From NCBI GenBank assembly GCA_963739455.1, contig CAVUAK010000001.1, forward strand, positions 1,600,001-1,664,000: a DNA stretch of 64,000 nucleotides. Reading direction: 5' to 3'. This stretch comes from an uncultured Gemmatimonadales bacterium. GTDB lineage: Bacteria; Gemmatimonadota; Gemmatimonadetes; Gemmatimonadales; GWC2-71-9. Under the pieces are notes generated by a model. That model was given only the letters and a program-made list of their open reading frames with translations. It ran no database searches and was not told the origin of the DNA. Position numbers and translations under genes: made by a program. Of this stretch, positions 47,024 to 57,737 are shown piece after piece. How positions within the stretch are numbered: the first letter of the stretch is position 1; each line of letters opens with the position of its first letter.

Positions 47024-48206
47024 AGGGCCCGGGCTGCTGTGCGTGGTGAACTTCCCGGCCAACACCGGCTTCGCCTGGGATTTCATCGAGGGACTCTACG
47101 CTGCAGTCGCCAGGGAAGGGCAGGCGCTTGGCTGGCGGACCTTCGTGGCCTACCCGCGCATTGACCAGCCACCCCGCACGTTGGGGGGATCGCCCGCCGT
47201 CCCCGTGACGCTGAGCCTCGACCTTGGCAGTGTGCCCGGTGCCATCAACCTCTGGCGCTTCCTCCGGACAAACAGGATTTCCATCGCCTATCTCACCGAC
47301 CGGCCAGCCAGGAGCATGGTGCATTTGTTCATGCGTCTCGCGGGCGTGCGGCGCATCGTGGTACACGATCACACCTCCGGTCATCGAACCATTCCTGCCG
47401 GTGTTCGGCGCTTCTCAAAACACCTGCTGAGCGCGCTGCCGGGCCTCGAGGCCGACCGGGTGCTCGCGGTGAGCGACTACGTGGCGCGGCGTCAGGTCGA
47501 GGTCGGCCTCATGCCAGCGGCGCGGGTCGTCCGCGTCTGGAACGGGATACCGCTGCCCGCTGAGCCCAGTGGTGGCATCCCCGAGCTGCGCGCGGCGCTC
47601 GGCCTCCCCGCGGACCGGCCCATCATCACCTGCTGCTGTCGGGCGGCTCCCGAGAAGGGTGTCCATCACCTGCTGCGCGCCTTTACCGTGGTGCGGCAGG
47701 CCGCGACGGCTGAGCGGCCACTTCTGGTCTACGTCGGTGACGGTCCGGAGTTCGAAAGGCTGCGGAGCCTGGCGATGGAGCTCGGCATCGCCGATGACAC
47801 CCGGTTCGTGGGCTATTCCCGCGAGGTTGCCCGTTACCTGCAGGCATCGGACATCGTCGCCGTGCCATCGGTATGGCAGGACGCACTGCCGCTCGGCGTG
47901 CTTGAGGCGATGGCGGTCGGGAAGCCGGTCGTCGCCACCCGAGTTGGTGGCATTCCCGAGATGTGTCGCGATGGAGTGGAAGGCCTGCTGGTCGAACCAG
48001 CCGCCGAGGCAGCACTCGCCCGGGCGATCAGCCAGTTGCTTGAGTCACCCTCACTGCGCAATGACATGGGCCGGCGCGGGCGGCAGCGAGTCGCTGAGTT
48101 CTTCTCGCCGCTGAAGCAGGTTGCGGCAATCGTGGAGCAGCTTGGCCTGCAGAACCCCGATCAGGCTCCAGAAGTGTCGTCGCCCGTGCCAAGCAGTCGG
48201 CGGTAG
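47013..48206 (+). CDS. GT4 glycosyltransferase
   Basis: VWNGI, EKGV, VGDGP, DALPLGVLEAMAVG, GGIPE. Confidence 0.9.
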   Translation: MRPEGPGLLCVVNFPANTGFAWDFIEGLYAAVAREGQALGWRTFVAYPRIDQPPRTLGGSPAVPVTLSLDLGSVPGAINLWRFLRTNRISIAYLTDRPARSMVHLFMRLAGVRRIVVHDHTSGHRTIPAGVRRFSKHLLSALPGLEADRVLAVSDYVARRQVEVGLMPAARVVRVWNGIPLPAEPSGGIPELRAALGLPADRPIITCCCRAAPEKGVHHLLRAFTVVRQAATAERPLLVYVGDGPEFERLRSLAMELGIADDTRFVGYSREVARYLQASDIVAVPSVWQDALPLGVLEAMAVGKPVVATRVGGIPEMCRDGVEGLLVEPAAEAALARAISQLLESPSLRNDMGRRGRQRVAEFFSPLKQVAAIVEQLGLQNPDQAPEVSSPVPSSRR

Positions 48207-49369
48207 ATCGCCGCATGGGCCCGCGCCACCTTGTCGGCCGAGAATTCCACCGCGCGGCGCCGGCCTCCTGCGCTGAGCTCACGGCATAGCGGTTGGTCGG
48301 CGGCCAGGCGTTCCAGTGTCGCGGCGAGCTGGGCCGCGTCGCCCGCCCGCACCAGCAGCCCACTTCCCGCATCGATGATCTCTGGCGGGCCGCCGGTATC
48401 GCTCGCCACCACCGGGACTCCCATCGCCATCGCTTCCACCAGGACCAGTCCGAACGGCTCCGGCGAGGTCGACGCATGCACCATCACGTCGGCTGCACTG
48501 AGCAGGTCGGCGACGTCGCTGCGTGATCCTAGGAAGGACACCGTGGCAGGGTTGTGCAGGCGCGCAGCCTGAGCCCGGAGTCGCTCCGCATAGGGCTGGT
48601 CGTCCTGCGATGCCTCACCCGCCAGTAGCACCCGGAGCCGCGACTGCAGTCCATCGGGCAGCCGCGAGGCGGCGTCGAGTAATACATCCTGCCCCTTCCA
48701 GTCGCGAATATTCCCCAGCATCAGTACCACGAAGTCGTTCGGGGCAACGCCGAGCGCTGCGCGCATCGCGGCTCGCGTCGTCGTGGCGGAGTGCACGAAG
48801 CGCTCGATGTCGATGCCAAGGTGTACCACCTCTATTCGGTCCGGTGGGAGGCCGAGGTGCCGCAGCGACGCCGCCATGTACTCACTGCAGGGCAGGATGG
48901 CGTCGAAACGCTGCGCCAGCAATCGCAATGGCCAGCGGCCCGTCGGGGTTTGCCGGGTCATTGCCGTGGCCACGCAGGGCAGTCCCAGGAGGCGGCTGGC
49001 CGGCAGCCAGTCATCGAAGCCCACGAACGGTGAATTGTTGAGGTGTACCAGCGCGATTCGCTCCTGCTTGAGGAAGGCGGCGCGCTCACGAACCGCCCGG
49101 AACGCCTTCGCGAGGCGCCGCGGCAGGGCGCCTCGCTCGTTCACGTCGCGTTCGTGCGCGCGCAGGGCGCCCAGGATCCTCACGTCAAATCCCGCTGCGG
49201 CGAGGCGCTCCGCTACGCGATTGTCCTGGTAGAACACCGGCACCATTTCGAAGCCCAGGCTGGAAAGACCACCGGCGAGCAGTTCGAGCGCTCGGTGCGA
49301 GCCGCCGGTCGTGCCGTCCTCATTGACTTCAATGCATGCGATGCGGGGTGTTGCTGCAACAGGCGCCAC
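48161..49369 (-). CDS. GT4 glycosyltransferase
   Basis: WKGQ, PEPFGLVLVEAMAMG, GGPPE. Confidence 0.9.
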   Translation of the reverse strand: MAPVAATPRIACIEVNEDGTTGGSHRALELLAGGLSSLGFEMVPVFYQDNRVAERLAAAGFDVRILGALRAHERDVNERGALPRRLAKAFRAVRERAAFLKQERIALVHLNNSPFVGFDDWLPASRLLGLPCVATAMTRQTPTGRWPLRLLAQRFDAILPCSEYMAASLRHLGLPPDRIEVVHLGIDIERFVHSATTTRAAMRAALGVAPNDFVVLMLGNIRDWKGQDVLLDAASRLPDGLQSRLRVLLAGEASQDDQPYAERLRAQAARLHNPATVSFLGSRSDVADLLSAADVMVHASTSPEPFGLVLVEAMAMGVPVVASDTGGPPEIIDAGSGLLVRAGDAAQLAATLERLAADQPLCRELSAGGRRRAVEFSADKVARAHAAIYRRLLGTGDDTSGA

Positions 49370-49373
49370 GGGG

Positions 49374-50876
49374 TCAGGACCGCTGGGTCATGAACGACCA
49401 TGCGCCGGCGGGGTCGGTCAGCAGTCGTCGCAACAACTGCTTGTCGTCGCGCTCGAGGATGAACGTGTGCACGCCGGCGAAGTAGATCACCATGAGCAGG
49501 GCGCCGGCGCCGACCAGGCCGGCGATCGGGAGCGCGGGCAGCAGGAAGGCCACCAGCGACACGCCTGCGCCGATGCCCGCGAGTAGCAGCGGTCGCCGGA
49601 ACGAGTAGGCAATGCGCCACTCGCGCTGCGCCCATCGGTACATCAGGCTGGCCCGGAAGAAGGAACCGGTCGCTGTGGCCGCGGCTGCTCCCAGCGCACC
49701 AAATGGCGGGATCAGTGCGGCGTAGAGCAGGACCACCAGCACCACGGTGATCCAGGTCGCCTTGGTCACCAGTGCGGTGCGCTCCGAGACGTCGATCCCG
49801 AATCGGAACGACTCATTCCACGCCTCCGCTGTATATGCGAGCAGGATCACCGGCACGATGTAGGCGGCGCTGTGAAAGGCGGGCGTAGTCATCAGCCGAA
49901 TGACCGGCCTGATGAATACCGCCAGCCCGGTCGCCATGGTGATCAGCAGCAGGTTGAAGTACATGAAGCCCATGTCGTAGTGCCGGTCGCGCTCGGCCTG
50001 GGGGAGTTTCGCCAGTTCATGCCGGTGCGGGTTCCACGCGCTGAGGAAGGGCGTGCAGCCCAGCTGGACCAGCAGGAACCCGAACTGGTACGCCAGGGAG
50101 TAGAGGCCGACCGCCGTCGCCCCACGAGCCGCCTGAAGGAAGAATCGGTCGCCGAATGTCAGGATGAATGACCCGGCCCAGCTCACCTGGTAAGGCGTAC
50201 CGAAGCGCCGGAGGTCCCGCAGGATCGCGCGGTCGAAATGGAAGCCTGTCTGGCGCAGCAGCCATGTCGTCATCGCCGTGCCCAGCACCAGGTTGGTGAT
50301 GAACGTGCTCCAGAGCAGGCCCACCACGCCCAGCCGGAGCACCACAATGAAGTAGATGTTGAGCGACAGCTGCAGTACCAGTTTGCACGTGGACGTCAGC
50401 AGGAACAGGCTCGGGCGTTGTGTCGTTTGCGCAAAGCTCTGGGGAAAGTTGAGCAGGAACGACAACGCGAAGTTGATGGCCGCCAGCCGGATGAACCACG
50501 ACTTTCCCGCCTCCTTGAGGGCGAAGTGCCATAGTGCCGGGCTCAGGATCATCAACACAACGGTGCACGCTGCGGCGAGCGAGAGCACCGTGAAGAACGC
50601 CGTCGACACGATCCGGTGTCGTTCGTCCGCGGAGTTCGCCTTGAAGTAGAAGCGTTGTACTCCCGCCGTGGTGCCCGCCGTGAAGAAGATCGCGGCCACC
50701 TCCACCGTGATCTCGAGCAACTGTACCAGGCCATAGTCGGCTGGCGTCAGGAACCGGGTGTACACCGGCAGCATCAGGAAGCTGACGGCGCGCCCGAGGA
50801 TCACTCCCATGCTGTAGATCGCCGTTTGCCGGCCCAGCGTCCGGAACGACGTGACGCGCGTGATGGGTGCGGTCAC
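49374..50876 (-). CDS. Second Wzx-type oligosaccharide flippase
   Basis: LPVYTRFLTPADYG, DRFFL, VGLYS, LIPPFGALGAA; GTG overlaps upstream stop. Confidence 0.88.
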   Translation of the reverse strand: MTAPITRVTSFRTLGRQTAIYSMGVILGRAVSFLMLPVYTRFLTPADYGLVQLLEITVEVAAIFFTAGTTAGVQRFYFKANSADERHRIVSTAFFTVLSLAAACTVVLMILSPALWHFALKEAGKSWFIRLAAINFALSFLLNFPQSFAQTTQRPSLFLLTSTCKLVLQLSLNIYFIVVLRLGVVGLLWSTFITNLVLGTAMTTWLLRQTGFHFDRAILRDLRRFGTPYQVSWAGSFILTFGDRFFLQAARGATAVGLYSLAYQFGFLLVQLGCTPFLSAWNPHRHELAKLPQAERDRHYDMGFMYFNLLLITMATGLAVFIRPVIRLMTTPAFHSAAYIVPVILLAYTAEAWNESFRFGIDVSERTALVTKATWITVVLVVLLYAALIPPFGALGAAAATATGSFFRASLMYRWAQREWRIAYSFRRPLLLAGIGAGVSLVAFLLPALPIAGLVGAGALLMVIYFAGVHTFILERDDKQLLRRLLTDPAGAWSFMTQRS

Positions 50877-52273
50877 CGGCTCGGGCATTCCCAGAGCAGG
50901 GTGGTGTACTGCTCGAAGTCGAGTCGCAGCTTGCTCGTGGTCAGGACTCCACTGCAGTGCTGCGCCAGCCACTGATGCTTGTGCCCGTCGGTGTCGGTAA
51001 TGAATCCCTTCCGCCGTTGCGAGGTAATCACCCAGAAGCGGTCCTTCGAGGCCGCCAGCGAATCGAATAGCGCGACGTCGGTCGTCTGGCGGAGCTCGAT
51101 GGCCTGCAAGTCCGGCGCAGCCCAGGTCGCTTGCACCAGCGGCCATAGCACCACGGTGCCGCCTGGATCCTGCTCCCTGATGCGGGTCAGTGCCTCGCGG
51201 TAGTCGAAGCGCGATCCGTCGGAGAGCTGCGACACCGTGCTGGGAGACAGTGCCGCGGCCAGGACCAGCAGGAGCGCCACTGCTGCCCGCCATTCGCCGA
51301 TCGCGGTAGACTCGAACCATGTGACAAGGGCGCCGGCCGTGCCCAGCACCAGCGGGAATGCCGCCGACACGTACAGCACCGACACCGGCAGGAACTGCAG
51401 GTACCCGCCGATAAGAAGCGTCACTACCGACACCATCGTTCCCAGCAATGCCATGAGCGCGAAGCGGCGCGCAGTGGCATCCCTGCGCTGCATAAGGCAG
51501 ACAAAGCCGAGCGCGCTCGCCGTCACGACGGCGGGCGACAGGTTGAATGCGAGCGACCGGAGCAGCAGGTCCGGCGATCCGGCGGCCGCGCCGACCAGCC
51601 TCTCCGTGGTAAAGAAGAGCCACAGTCCGGTGTAGAACGCCATCAGGAGCACCACCGCCGGGATCCAGCTGAAGCGCCACGCTATCGCCGTCGGCCACCG
51701 CCACGCCAGCCGGCCCGTATCGGTCACGAGGTGCGCGGCCAGCGTCATCCCCACCGCGGAGATGGCGAACGTGGGATGTGTCAGCGTGCCCAGCAGCAAC
51801 CACAGGAGCGTCATCAGGTGGTCGCGCTTCCGTCCGCTGTCCATGGCGCGCAGCAGCGCGCCCGCGTAGAGCGCCCCCAGCAGGTAGATCAGCGACCAGT
51901 AGCGGATGATCTGGGAAGCGTTGATGTGCAGCGGAAGGATGGCGAGCGTTCCCGCCGCGACGATCGCGGCATTCCGGCCCAGGTTGCGGTTCGCCAGGTT
52001 CCACGTGGCCGCGATACCCAGCAGGCCGAATACCAGCGACGGCAGGCGCAGCAGGACGATCGCCCTCGGCCACGCCTCGACCAGTGGGTGCAATGCCAGG
52101 AAGTAGAGCGGCCGCAGTTCCATGCCGCCCGGACCGAACGGCGAGTGGATGAGGTCGCGTGCCTCGTAGATCGAGTAGATCTCGTCCTGCCATACATCGA
52201 ATTGCCACAGCCCCGGCAGTCGGAGCAGTGCTCCCACCGCAAGGATGAGGAGCAGGATGCTCCTATCATTCAT
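50873..52273 (-). CDS. GT-C fold membrane glycosyltransferase (family 39-like)
   Basis: VWQDEIYS, RPLYF, LRLPS, SQIIRYWS, DYRE; many TM segments. Confidence 0.75.
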   Translation of the reverse strand: MNDRSILLLILAVGALLRLPGLWQFDVWQDEIYSIYEARDLIHSPFGPGGMELRPLYFLALHPLVEAWPRAIVLLRLPSLVFGLLGIAATWNLANRNLGRNAAIVAAGTLAILPLHINASQIIRYWSLIYLLGALYAGALLRAMDSGRKRDHLMTLLWLLLGTLTHPTFAISAVGMTLAAHLVTDTGRLAWRWPTAIAWRFSWIPAVVLLMAFYTGLWLFFTTERLVGAAAGSPDLLLRSLAFNLSPAVVTASALGFVCLMQRRDATARRFALMALLGTMVSVVTLLIGGYLQFLPVSVLYVSAAFPLVLGTAGALVTWFESTAIGEWRAAVALLLVLAAALSPSTVSQLSDGSRFDYREALTRIREQDPGGTVVLWPLVQATWAAPDLQAIELRQTTDVALFDSLAASKDRFWVITSQRRKGFITDTDGHKHQWLAQHCSGVLTTSKLRLDFEQYTTLLWECPSR

Positions 52274-52320
52274 GCCCGTGTCAAGCGATTTTGCGGCGGC
52301 CAAGACCAGCCTGAGTTAAG

Positions 52321-53466
52321 GTGACAATGACCAACAGTGTAAGCGCGACAGAGACCCATCGGTTCCAGGCCGTGGACGCCATGCGCGGCCTGGCGGCACT
52401 CGCTGTCGTGTTCTATCACGTGCAGGGCGCCATGAGTCGCGGCGCGCAGCCCTGGTTCCCTGGCGCGTTGAGCTGGCTCGCCGAGCGCGGCCATTTCGGT
52501 GTCAACGTCTTCTTCGTCCTCAGCGGCTTCGTCATAGCCCGCTCCGTCCGCCACGGGTCCATGACACCGGGCTACTTCGGGCGCTTCGTGCTGCGCCGCT
52601 CGATCCGGCTCGACCCTCCATACTGGACCGCCATCGCGCTCGAGGTACTGCTCATCTACGGCGGGCTCGCCCTCTTCCCGTCGCTTGGCACCCCTGCGCC
52701 CACCTGGCCGCAGTTACTCTCTCACCTGGCGTACCTGCAGGACATCCTGGGCTACGGCCAGCTGATTCCGATCTTCTGGACTCTCTGCTATGAATTTCAG
52801 TTCTACCTGGTCCTCGTCGGCGTCCTTGTTGCCGCTCAACAGGTAGCGCGATGGACCAGCCAGCGCGTCGCCCACGGCACCATGGTGATTCTGTTTGTTG
52901 CCCTCTTCTTCGCATCCGTCGGCGCCCATCACGGCTGGCTCAAGGGTGTGCCGCATGGGCTCGCGCTCGACCGGTGGTACGAATTCTTCACCGGCGTCAT
53001 CGCCTGGTGGGTCGTATCCGGCATTCTCCCACTGGCAACGCTCTTCGCCGCCTGGGGTGTCAACGCTGTCCTTGCCCGACACACGGACTCGCTCACCGAG
53101 GGAATCCTCGTGGTCCTGGTCAGCTCCATCTGCCTGCTCAGTGCTCGCTACCCGTCGTTCGACCGCCGGTTCAAGCTGCGACCGCTCCAGTTCCTCGGGG
53201 CGATCTCCTACAGTCTGTACCTGTACCACGCCTCGATCAGCTGGCGTGTGGTGTCACTGGTGCAGCACTTCGCCGGGACGTCACTTTCGGCCGTGGTCGG
53301 CACACTGACATGGTTGGCGGCCGTCGCGGCCGCACTGGTCGCCGGATACCTGGGATGGCGACTGATCGAGGTTCCCTCGATGCGACTCGCGCGGCGTATC
53401 ACCTTGCCGGTGCGCGTCGAGCCGGTGTCGCCAGTTACGTCGCCCGGCGCAGCGCCGGCTCTGTAA
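52321..53466 (+). CDS. Acyltransferase 3 (OafA-like) family protein
   Basis: [48 protein letters not shown]. Confidence 0.92.
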   Translation: MTMTNSVSATETHRFQAVDAMRGLAALAVVFYHVQGAMSRGAQPWFPGALSWLAERGHFGVNVFFVLSGFVIARSVRHGSMTPGYFGRFVLRRSIRLDPPYWTAIALEVLLIYGGLALFPSLGTPAPTWPQLLSHLAYLQDILGYGQLIPIFWTLCYEFQFYLVLVGVLVAAQQVARWTSQRVAHGTMVILFVALFFASVGAHHGWLKGVPHGLALDRWYEFFTGVIAWWVVSGILPLATLFAAWGVNAVLARHTDSLTEGILVVLVSSICLLSARYPSFDRRFKLRPLQFLGAISYSLYLYHASISWRVVSLVQHFAGTSLSAVVGTLTWLAAVAAALVAGYLGWRLIEVPSMRLARRITLPVRVEPVSPVTSPGAAPAL

Positions 53467-54082
53467 CTGCCTGGATCGACTCGAAGCTCTCGCCTGGTGA
53501 CGCTTCCACCAGCACCAGGCCCGTGGATGTCACGTCGATGACGGCGCGCTCCGTGATGATGCGGTCCACGCAGCGCCGTCCCGTGAGCGGCAGGGAACAC
53601 TGCTCCAGGATCTTGGGCCCGCCGTCCCGGGTGCAGTGCTCCATGATCACTACCACCCGGCGCGATCCCGCCACCAGGTCCATCGCCCCGCCCATCCCCT
53701 TTACCATCTTGCCCGGGACCATCCAGTTGGCCAGGTCTCCCTCGCGGGACACCTGCAGCGCCCCCAGGATCGACAGTGGCACGTGCCCGCCCCGGATCAT
53801 CGCGAAGCTGAGTGCGCTGTCGAAGTAGCTGCAACCCGGCAATTCGCTCACCGTCTCCTTGCCCGCATTGATGAGGTCGGCATCCACCTCACTCTCCAGC
53901 GGGTAGGGCCCCACACCCAGCATCCCGTTCTCCGACTGCAGGACGACCGGAATGCCTGCCGGCACGTAGTTGGCCACCATCGTCGGCATCCCGATGCCGA
54001 GATTGACGTAATAGCCGGTGGCGGGCGTCAGGGCGCTCAGCTCCTGCGCCGCGCGGCGGGCGATCACCTCACGGACGTCCAT
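53435..54082 (-). CDS. scoB: 3-oxoacid CoA-transferase subunit B
   Basis: [16 protein letters not shown] (catalytic Glu), [22 protein letters not shown]. Confidence 0.95.
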   Translation of the reverse strand: MDVREVIARRAAQELSALTPATGYYVNLGIGMPTMVANYVPAGIPVVLQSENGMLGVGPYPLESEVDADLINAGKETVSELPGCSYFDSALSFAMIRGGHVPLSILGALQVSREGDLANWMVPGKMVKGMGGAMDLVAGSRRVVVIMEHCTRDGGPKILEQCSLPLTGRRCVDRIITERAVIDVTSTGLVLVEASPGESFESIQAVTEPALRRAT

Positions 54083-54783
54083 TCGGCGTGGCCTCCCGGA
54101 CGGTGCGGCGCTCGATGCGCTTGGAATTCTCGCGACACACCACCACGCGCTGCACGAAGATCCCCGGCGTGTGGATCGCATCGGGGTCGAGCGCCCCTGC
54201 TGGCACCAGTTCCTCAACCTCGGCCACGGTGATACGCCCTGCCATCGCCACCAAGCGGGTTGAAGTTCCGTGCCGTCTTGCGATACACCAGGTTGCCCTC
54301 GGAGTCTCCCTTCCACGCATGCACCAGGGCGAACTCGCCGGTAATGCCACGCTCCAGGATGTATTCCCGGCCGTCGAAGCCACGCGTTTCCTTGCCCTCA
54401 GCCACTCGGGTGTTGACACCCGTCGCGGTATAGAACCCCGGTATGCCAGCCCCACCCGCGCGGAGCCGCTCCGCCAGCGTGCCCTGCGGCACCAGCTCGA
54501 CGTCGAGTGTCCCGGAGAGCATCAGCTGCTCGAATACGTCGTTCTCTCCGACATAGCTGGCCATCACCTTGCGCACCTGGTTGTTCCGCAGGAGCTGCAC
54601 CAGCCCGAAACGGGTCGTGCCGGCGTTGTTGCTGACGACGGTCAGCCCCGTACGGCCCAGGTCCCGTACCGCCTCGATGAGTTCCTCTGGAATGCCGCAA
54701 AGCCCAAAGCCACCGACCAGCAGCGTGGCACCCTCGGGAAGGTCCGCAACAGCGCTGCTGGCGTCAGGAAAGAGTTTGCTCAA
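54069..54783 (-). CDS. scoA: 3-oxoacid CoA-transferase subunit A, one frameshift near 54255
   Basis: [37 protein letters not shown], then [12 protein letters not shown] in second frame. Confidence 0.92.
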
Positions 54784-54822
54784 CGCGGAATCGCCTCGAA
54801 CGGGGAAGGCCTCAAATCTATC

Positions 54823-55797
54823 TCAGAAGCTGTGTTCGCGGCGCGGAAGCAGGGGCAGCACCGGCAGGAGCGCCAGGTGCGCCAGGGCGCTGAGGCGCCG
54901 ACCGGGCCACAGCAGCGCGCGGCCATAGAACGAGGCCGCCTTGCCGGCGTCATGCTGCCAGAAATATCTCCAACCCAGGCCGCAGTGCTCCGCGGCGATC
55001 CGGCGGCGCAGGATGGCGCGTTGCTCATCCGTCAGGCGGGCCTCCGCCATGAAGGTTAGCACGCTGCGGAGCGTGGCGTTCTGGATATGATCGCCGCTGA
55101 CATAGCTGTTCTTGCCGTGGCGCCGGACTTCAACCAGCACCTCATCCAGGAACGCAATCGGCATGCCCCCGGCGTACACGTTCAGGATCAGGTACAGGTC
55201 TTCCGCCGACCTGATGTTCGTGTTGGACCACCGTCCCTCCAGTGCCGCGCGCCGGAACACGCTCGCCTGCAGCCACCCCGGAAGGCTGGTACTTGGTGCC
55301 AGCGCCGCGAACGGATCCATCGTGATCACCCGGCCCTCGCCGCCGGCAGCCGGGCGAGTCGGGAGTTCCCTGAGCCGCGGTGCCAGGTCGAACTGCGTAC
55401 CCGGTATCGCGTGTCCGTGGTCTGTCCGGATGAAGTTCGCGAAGCAGTGCCCCACTTCGGGCTCCGACTCCAGCAGGGTGACCATGCGCTCCAGGAAAGT
55501 CGGCCGCCAGAGGTCATCGGCGTCGAGCCACGCGATCAGCTCACCCCGCGCTTCTGCGCGCCCCCGGTTGCGCGCCGACGCCGTTCCCCCGTTTTCGCCG
55601 CTGATGAGGCGCACGCGCGCATCGGTAAACCGCCCCACCACCTCTCGCGTGTTGTCCGTCGAGCCATCGTCCACCACCACCACTTCGAGATCGCGAAATG
55701 TCTGCGCCAGGATGCTCTCCAGCGCATCTGCGATGTACTGCCCGTAGTTGTAGGTCGGGATGATGACGCTGACGAGCGGTTGCCGCGCAGTAGTCAC
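54823..55797 (-). CDS. GT2 glycosyltransferase
   Basis: VSVIIPTYN, VVDDGSTD, ARNRG, LDADD, ED. Confidence 0.92.
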   Translation of the reverse strand: MTTARQPLVSVIIPTYNYGQYIADALESILAQTFRDLEVVVVDDGSTDNTREVVGRFTDARVRLISGENGGTASARNRGRAEARGELIAWLDADDLWRPTFLERMVTLLESEPEVGHCFANFIRTDHGHAIPGTQFDLAPRLRELPTRPAAGGEGRVITMDPFAALAPSTSLPGWLQASVFRRAALEGRWSNTNIRSAEDLYLILNVYAGGMPIAFLDEVLVEVRRHGKNSYVSGDHIQNATLRSVLTFMAEARLTDEQRAILRRRIAAEHCGLGWRYFWQHDAGKAASFYGRALLWPGRRLSALAHLALLPVLPLLPRREHSF

Positions 55798-56642
55798 AGG
55801 CGAGTTCCAGGACCTTCGATAGCGGTCGTGATGCTGTTGCTAGCGGCTGCCAGGCGGACCGGATCGATGCCGGTGGCTCCGGGGAAGGCCTGTACCAGTG
55901 CCTCGGTGCTGACATTGCCCGGTGCGCCCGGCGCATACGGGCACCCGCCGATGCCACCAGCGCTGCTGTCAAACACCCGTACGCCCATTTCCGCGGCGGC
56001 CAGCACGTTCCTCACCGCCTGCCCAAAGGTATCGTGGCAGTGCAGCGCGATCTGCTCGACCGGTATTTCCAGCAGGACCGACTCCAGCAGCGCGCGCACC
56101 AGGTCTGGGGTGGCTCGGCCGATCGTGTCGCCCAGTGAGATCTCGTGGCAACCGAGGCCGATGAGGGCCGTCGCCACCTCACGCACTCGTTCCGGGGCCA
56201 CCGGTCCCTCAAAGGGGCACACGAACGCCATCGATACATACCCGCGCACCGGAACCCGGGAAGCGGCAATCACGGGCGCGAAGCGTTCCAGTGTATCGGC
56301 AATCGAGGCGTTGGTGTTCTGCCGCGAGAACGTCTCACTCGCCGCCGTGAAAACCGCCACCACATCCACCCGCGCCGCAACTGCCCGCTCCAGTCCCTGA
56401 AGATTTGGCACGAGTGCATGGTACCGGACCCCATCCTGCCGTTGGATGAGCCGGAACACCTCTTCTGCGTCGGCTAGCTGCGGTACCCACTTGGGCGACA
56501 CGAAGCTCGAGACCTCGATATCGGTCAGCCCGGTGCGCGACAGGGCGTCCACAAACGCCACTTTCTCTGCAGTCGGCACGAACCCACTGATGCTCTGCAG
56601 CCCGTCTCTGGGACCGACCTCTACTATCCGCACTTTCTTCAC
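55794..56642 (-). CDS. hmgL: Hydroxymethylglutaryl-CoA lyase
   Basis: EVGPRDGLQ, SFVSPKWVPQ, ISLGDTIG, HCHDT, GGCPYAPGA, GNV. Confidence 0.95.
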   Translation of the reverse strand: MKKVRIVEVGPRDGLQSISGFVPTAEKVAFVDALSRTGLTDIEVSSFVSPKWVPQLADAEEVFRLIQRQDGVRYHALVPNLQGLERAVAARVDVVAVFTAASETFSRQNTNASIADTLERFAPVIAASRVPVRGYVSMAFVCPFEGPVAPERVREVATALIGLGCHEISLGDTIGRATPDLVRALLESVLLEIPVEQIALHCHDTFGQAVRNVLAAAEMGVRVFDSSAGGIGGCPYAPGAPGNVSTEALVQAFPGATGIDPVRLAAASNSITTAIEGPGTRL

Positions 56643-56663
56643 GTCCTCACGTCCTCACGTCCT
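56640..56663. repeat. Perfect 8-bp tandem repeat x3 at gene junction
   Basis: (CACGTCCT)3. Confidence 0.85.
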
Positions 56664-57530
56664 CGCCTGTCGTCTTAGCACCGCCCAGACCAGGTCCCCA
56701 AGATGATACGGCAGTGAAATCCGTCCGATGCGGTAGCGCAGGCCATGCCGCGGCGGACCCCCGTTGCGGGTCGGGTGTGGCCCAAGTCCCAGCGCGTGCA
56801 GGCCATGCGCCAGCGTGATCCACTTGGTTCGCGCGCGATACTCCACCAGCGTCCAGTGCTCCGGAGCGAACAGTGTCGACAGAGACCGTCGGTTCAGGTA
56901 GATCGGGGTGTCGTTGGGCCGGTACTTGTGCCACCTCATCCCCGAGATGCGCGCTACAAGTGCGTCCACATCCCATGTTTCAAGCGCGAGCAGCCCTCCT
57001 GGCACCACCATGTCCCGCAGGATCCGTTCAGCAGCGTGGGGATCGGGGAGCTGTTCGAAGACATTGAGAAAGGTCACCGCATCGTACTGCTGCGGGCCCA
57101 GGAGTGGTGTGGGGAACGGAGCCAGTATCACGTCCAGACCGAACCGCTGCTGCGCGAAGGTCGCCGCCCACTCGCTCACTTCGCAGCCCCGAACCTTCCA
57201 TCCAGCCTTCCGGGCCTCGTCCAGGAAGAATCCCGTGGCGCAACCCACATCCAGCAGGCTCCCGGCGGATGGTGTGTGCGCCATCAGGTCCTGCAGGTAG
57301 TCTCTCGCCCGGTCCCGGTGCAGATCCTCATCTGCTTCGTACGCCGGGTACCCGGCAGGCGACCCGTGGAAGTACGCCTTGCTGTACATCTCGGGGAGCT
57401 GGCTCACCTCCGGTGCACGCTCCGAGTACTGCACCGTGCAATTGCTGCAGCGCAGCACCCGCAAACCATCCTTCACGCCAACCGTCCCCGCTGCTGCGCT
57501 GCCGCAGATGGGACAGTTTTCCTGGATCAT
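56655..57530 (-). CDS. Class I SAM-dependent methyltransferase with N-terminal Cys motifs
   Basis: CPICG..CSNC, LLDVGCATG, YDAVTF, PGG. Confidence 0.88.
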   Translation of the reverse strand: MIQENCPICGSAAAGTVGVKDGLRVLRCSNCTVQYSERAPEVSQLPEMYSKAYFHGSPAGYPAYEADEDLHRDRARDYLQDLMAHTPSAGSLLDVGCATGFFLDEARKAGWKVRGCEVSEWAATFAQQRFGLDVILAPFPTPLLGPQQYDAVTFLNVFEQLPDPHAAERILRDMVVPGGLLALETWDVDALVARISGMRWHKYRPNDTPIYLNRRSLSTLFAPEHWTLVEYRARTKWITLAHGLHALGLGPHPTRNGGPPRHGLRYRIGRISLPYHLGDLVWAVLRRQART

Positions 57531-57737
57531 GCGCGGGATCCTTGGACGGGTGGATGTACTTGGTGCCTCCTGCCAGATCTGCATCCAGATACCCCTCGGA
57601 AAGCCAAGGTAGTCGAAGGTGCGCCCTGGGTCAGGCGGCAGGGGAGCTTGGAACGGCACAATAGTGGCAAGGAAGGGGCCATTGACGATGGCATTGAAGT
57701 CGTTGTATTACACTGACTTATGAGATAAGTTCCATTC

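Noticed and set aside
49374..52208. 944-aa ORF (giant flippase)
   Set aside because: The N-terminal half is an alternate frame of the GT39-like gene; the flippase begins near 50876
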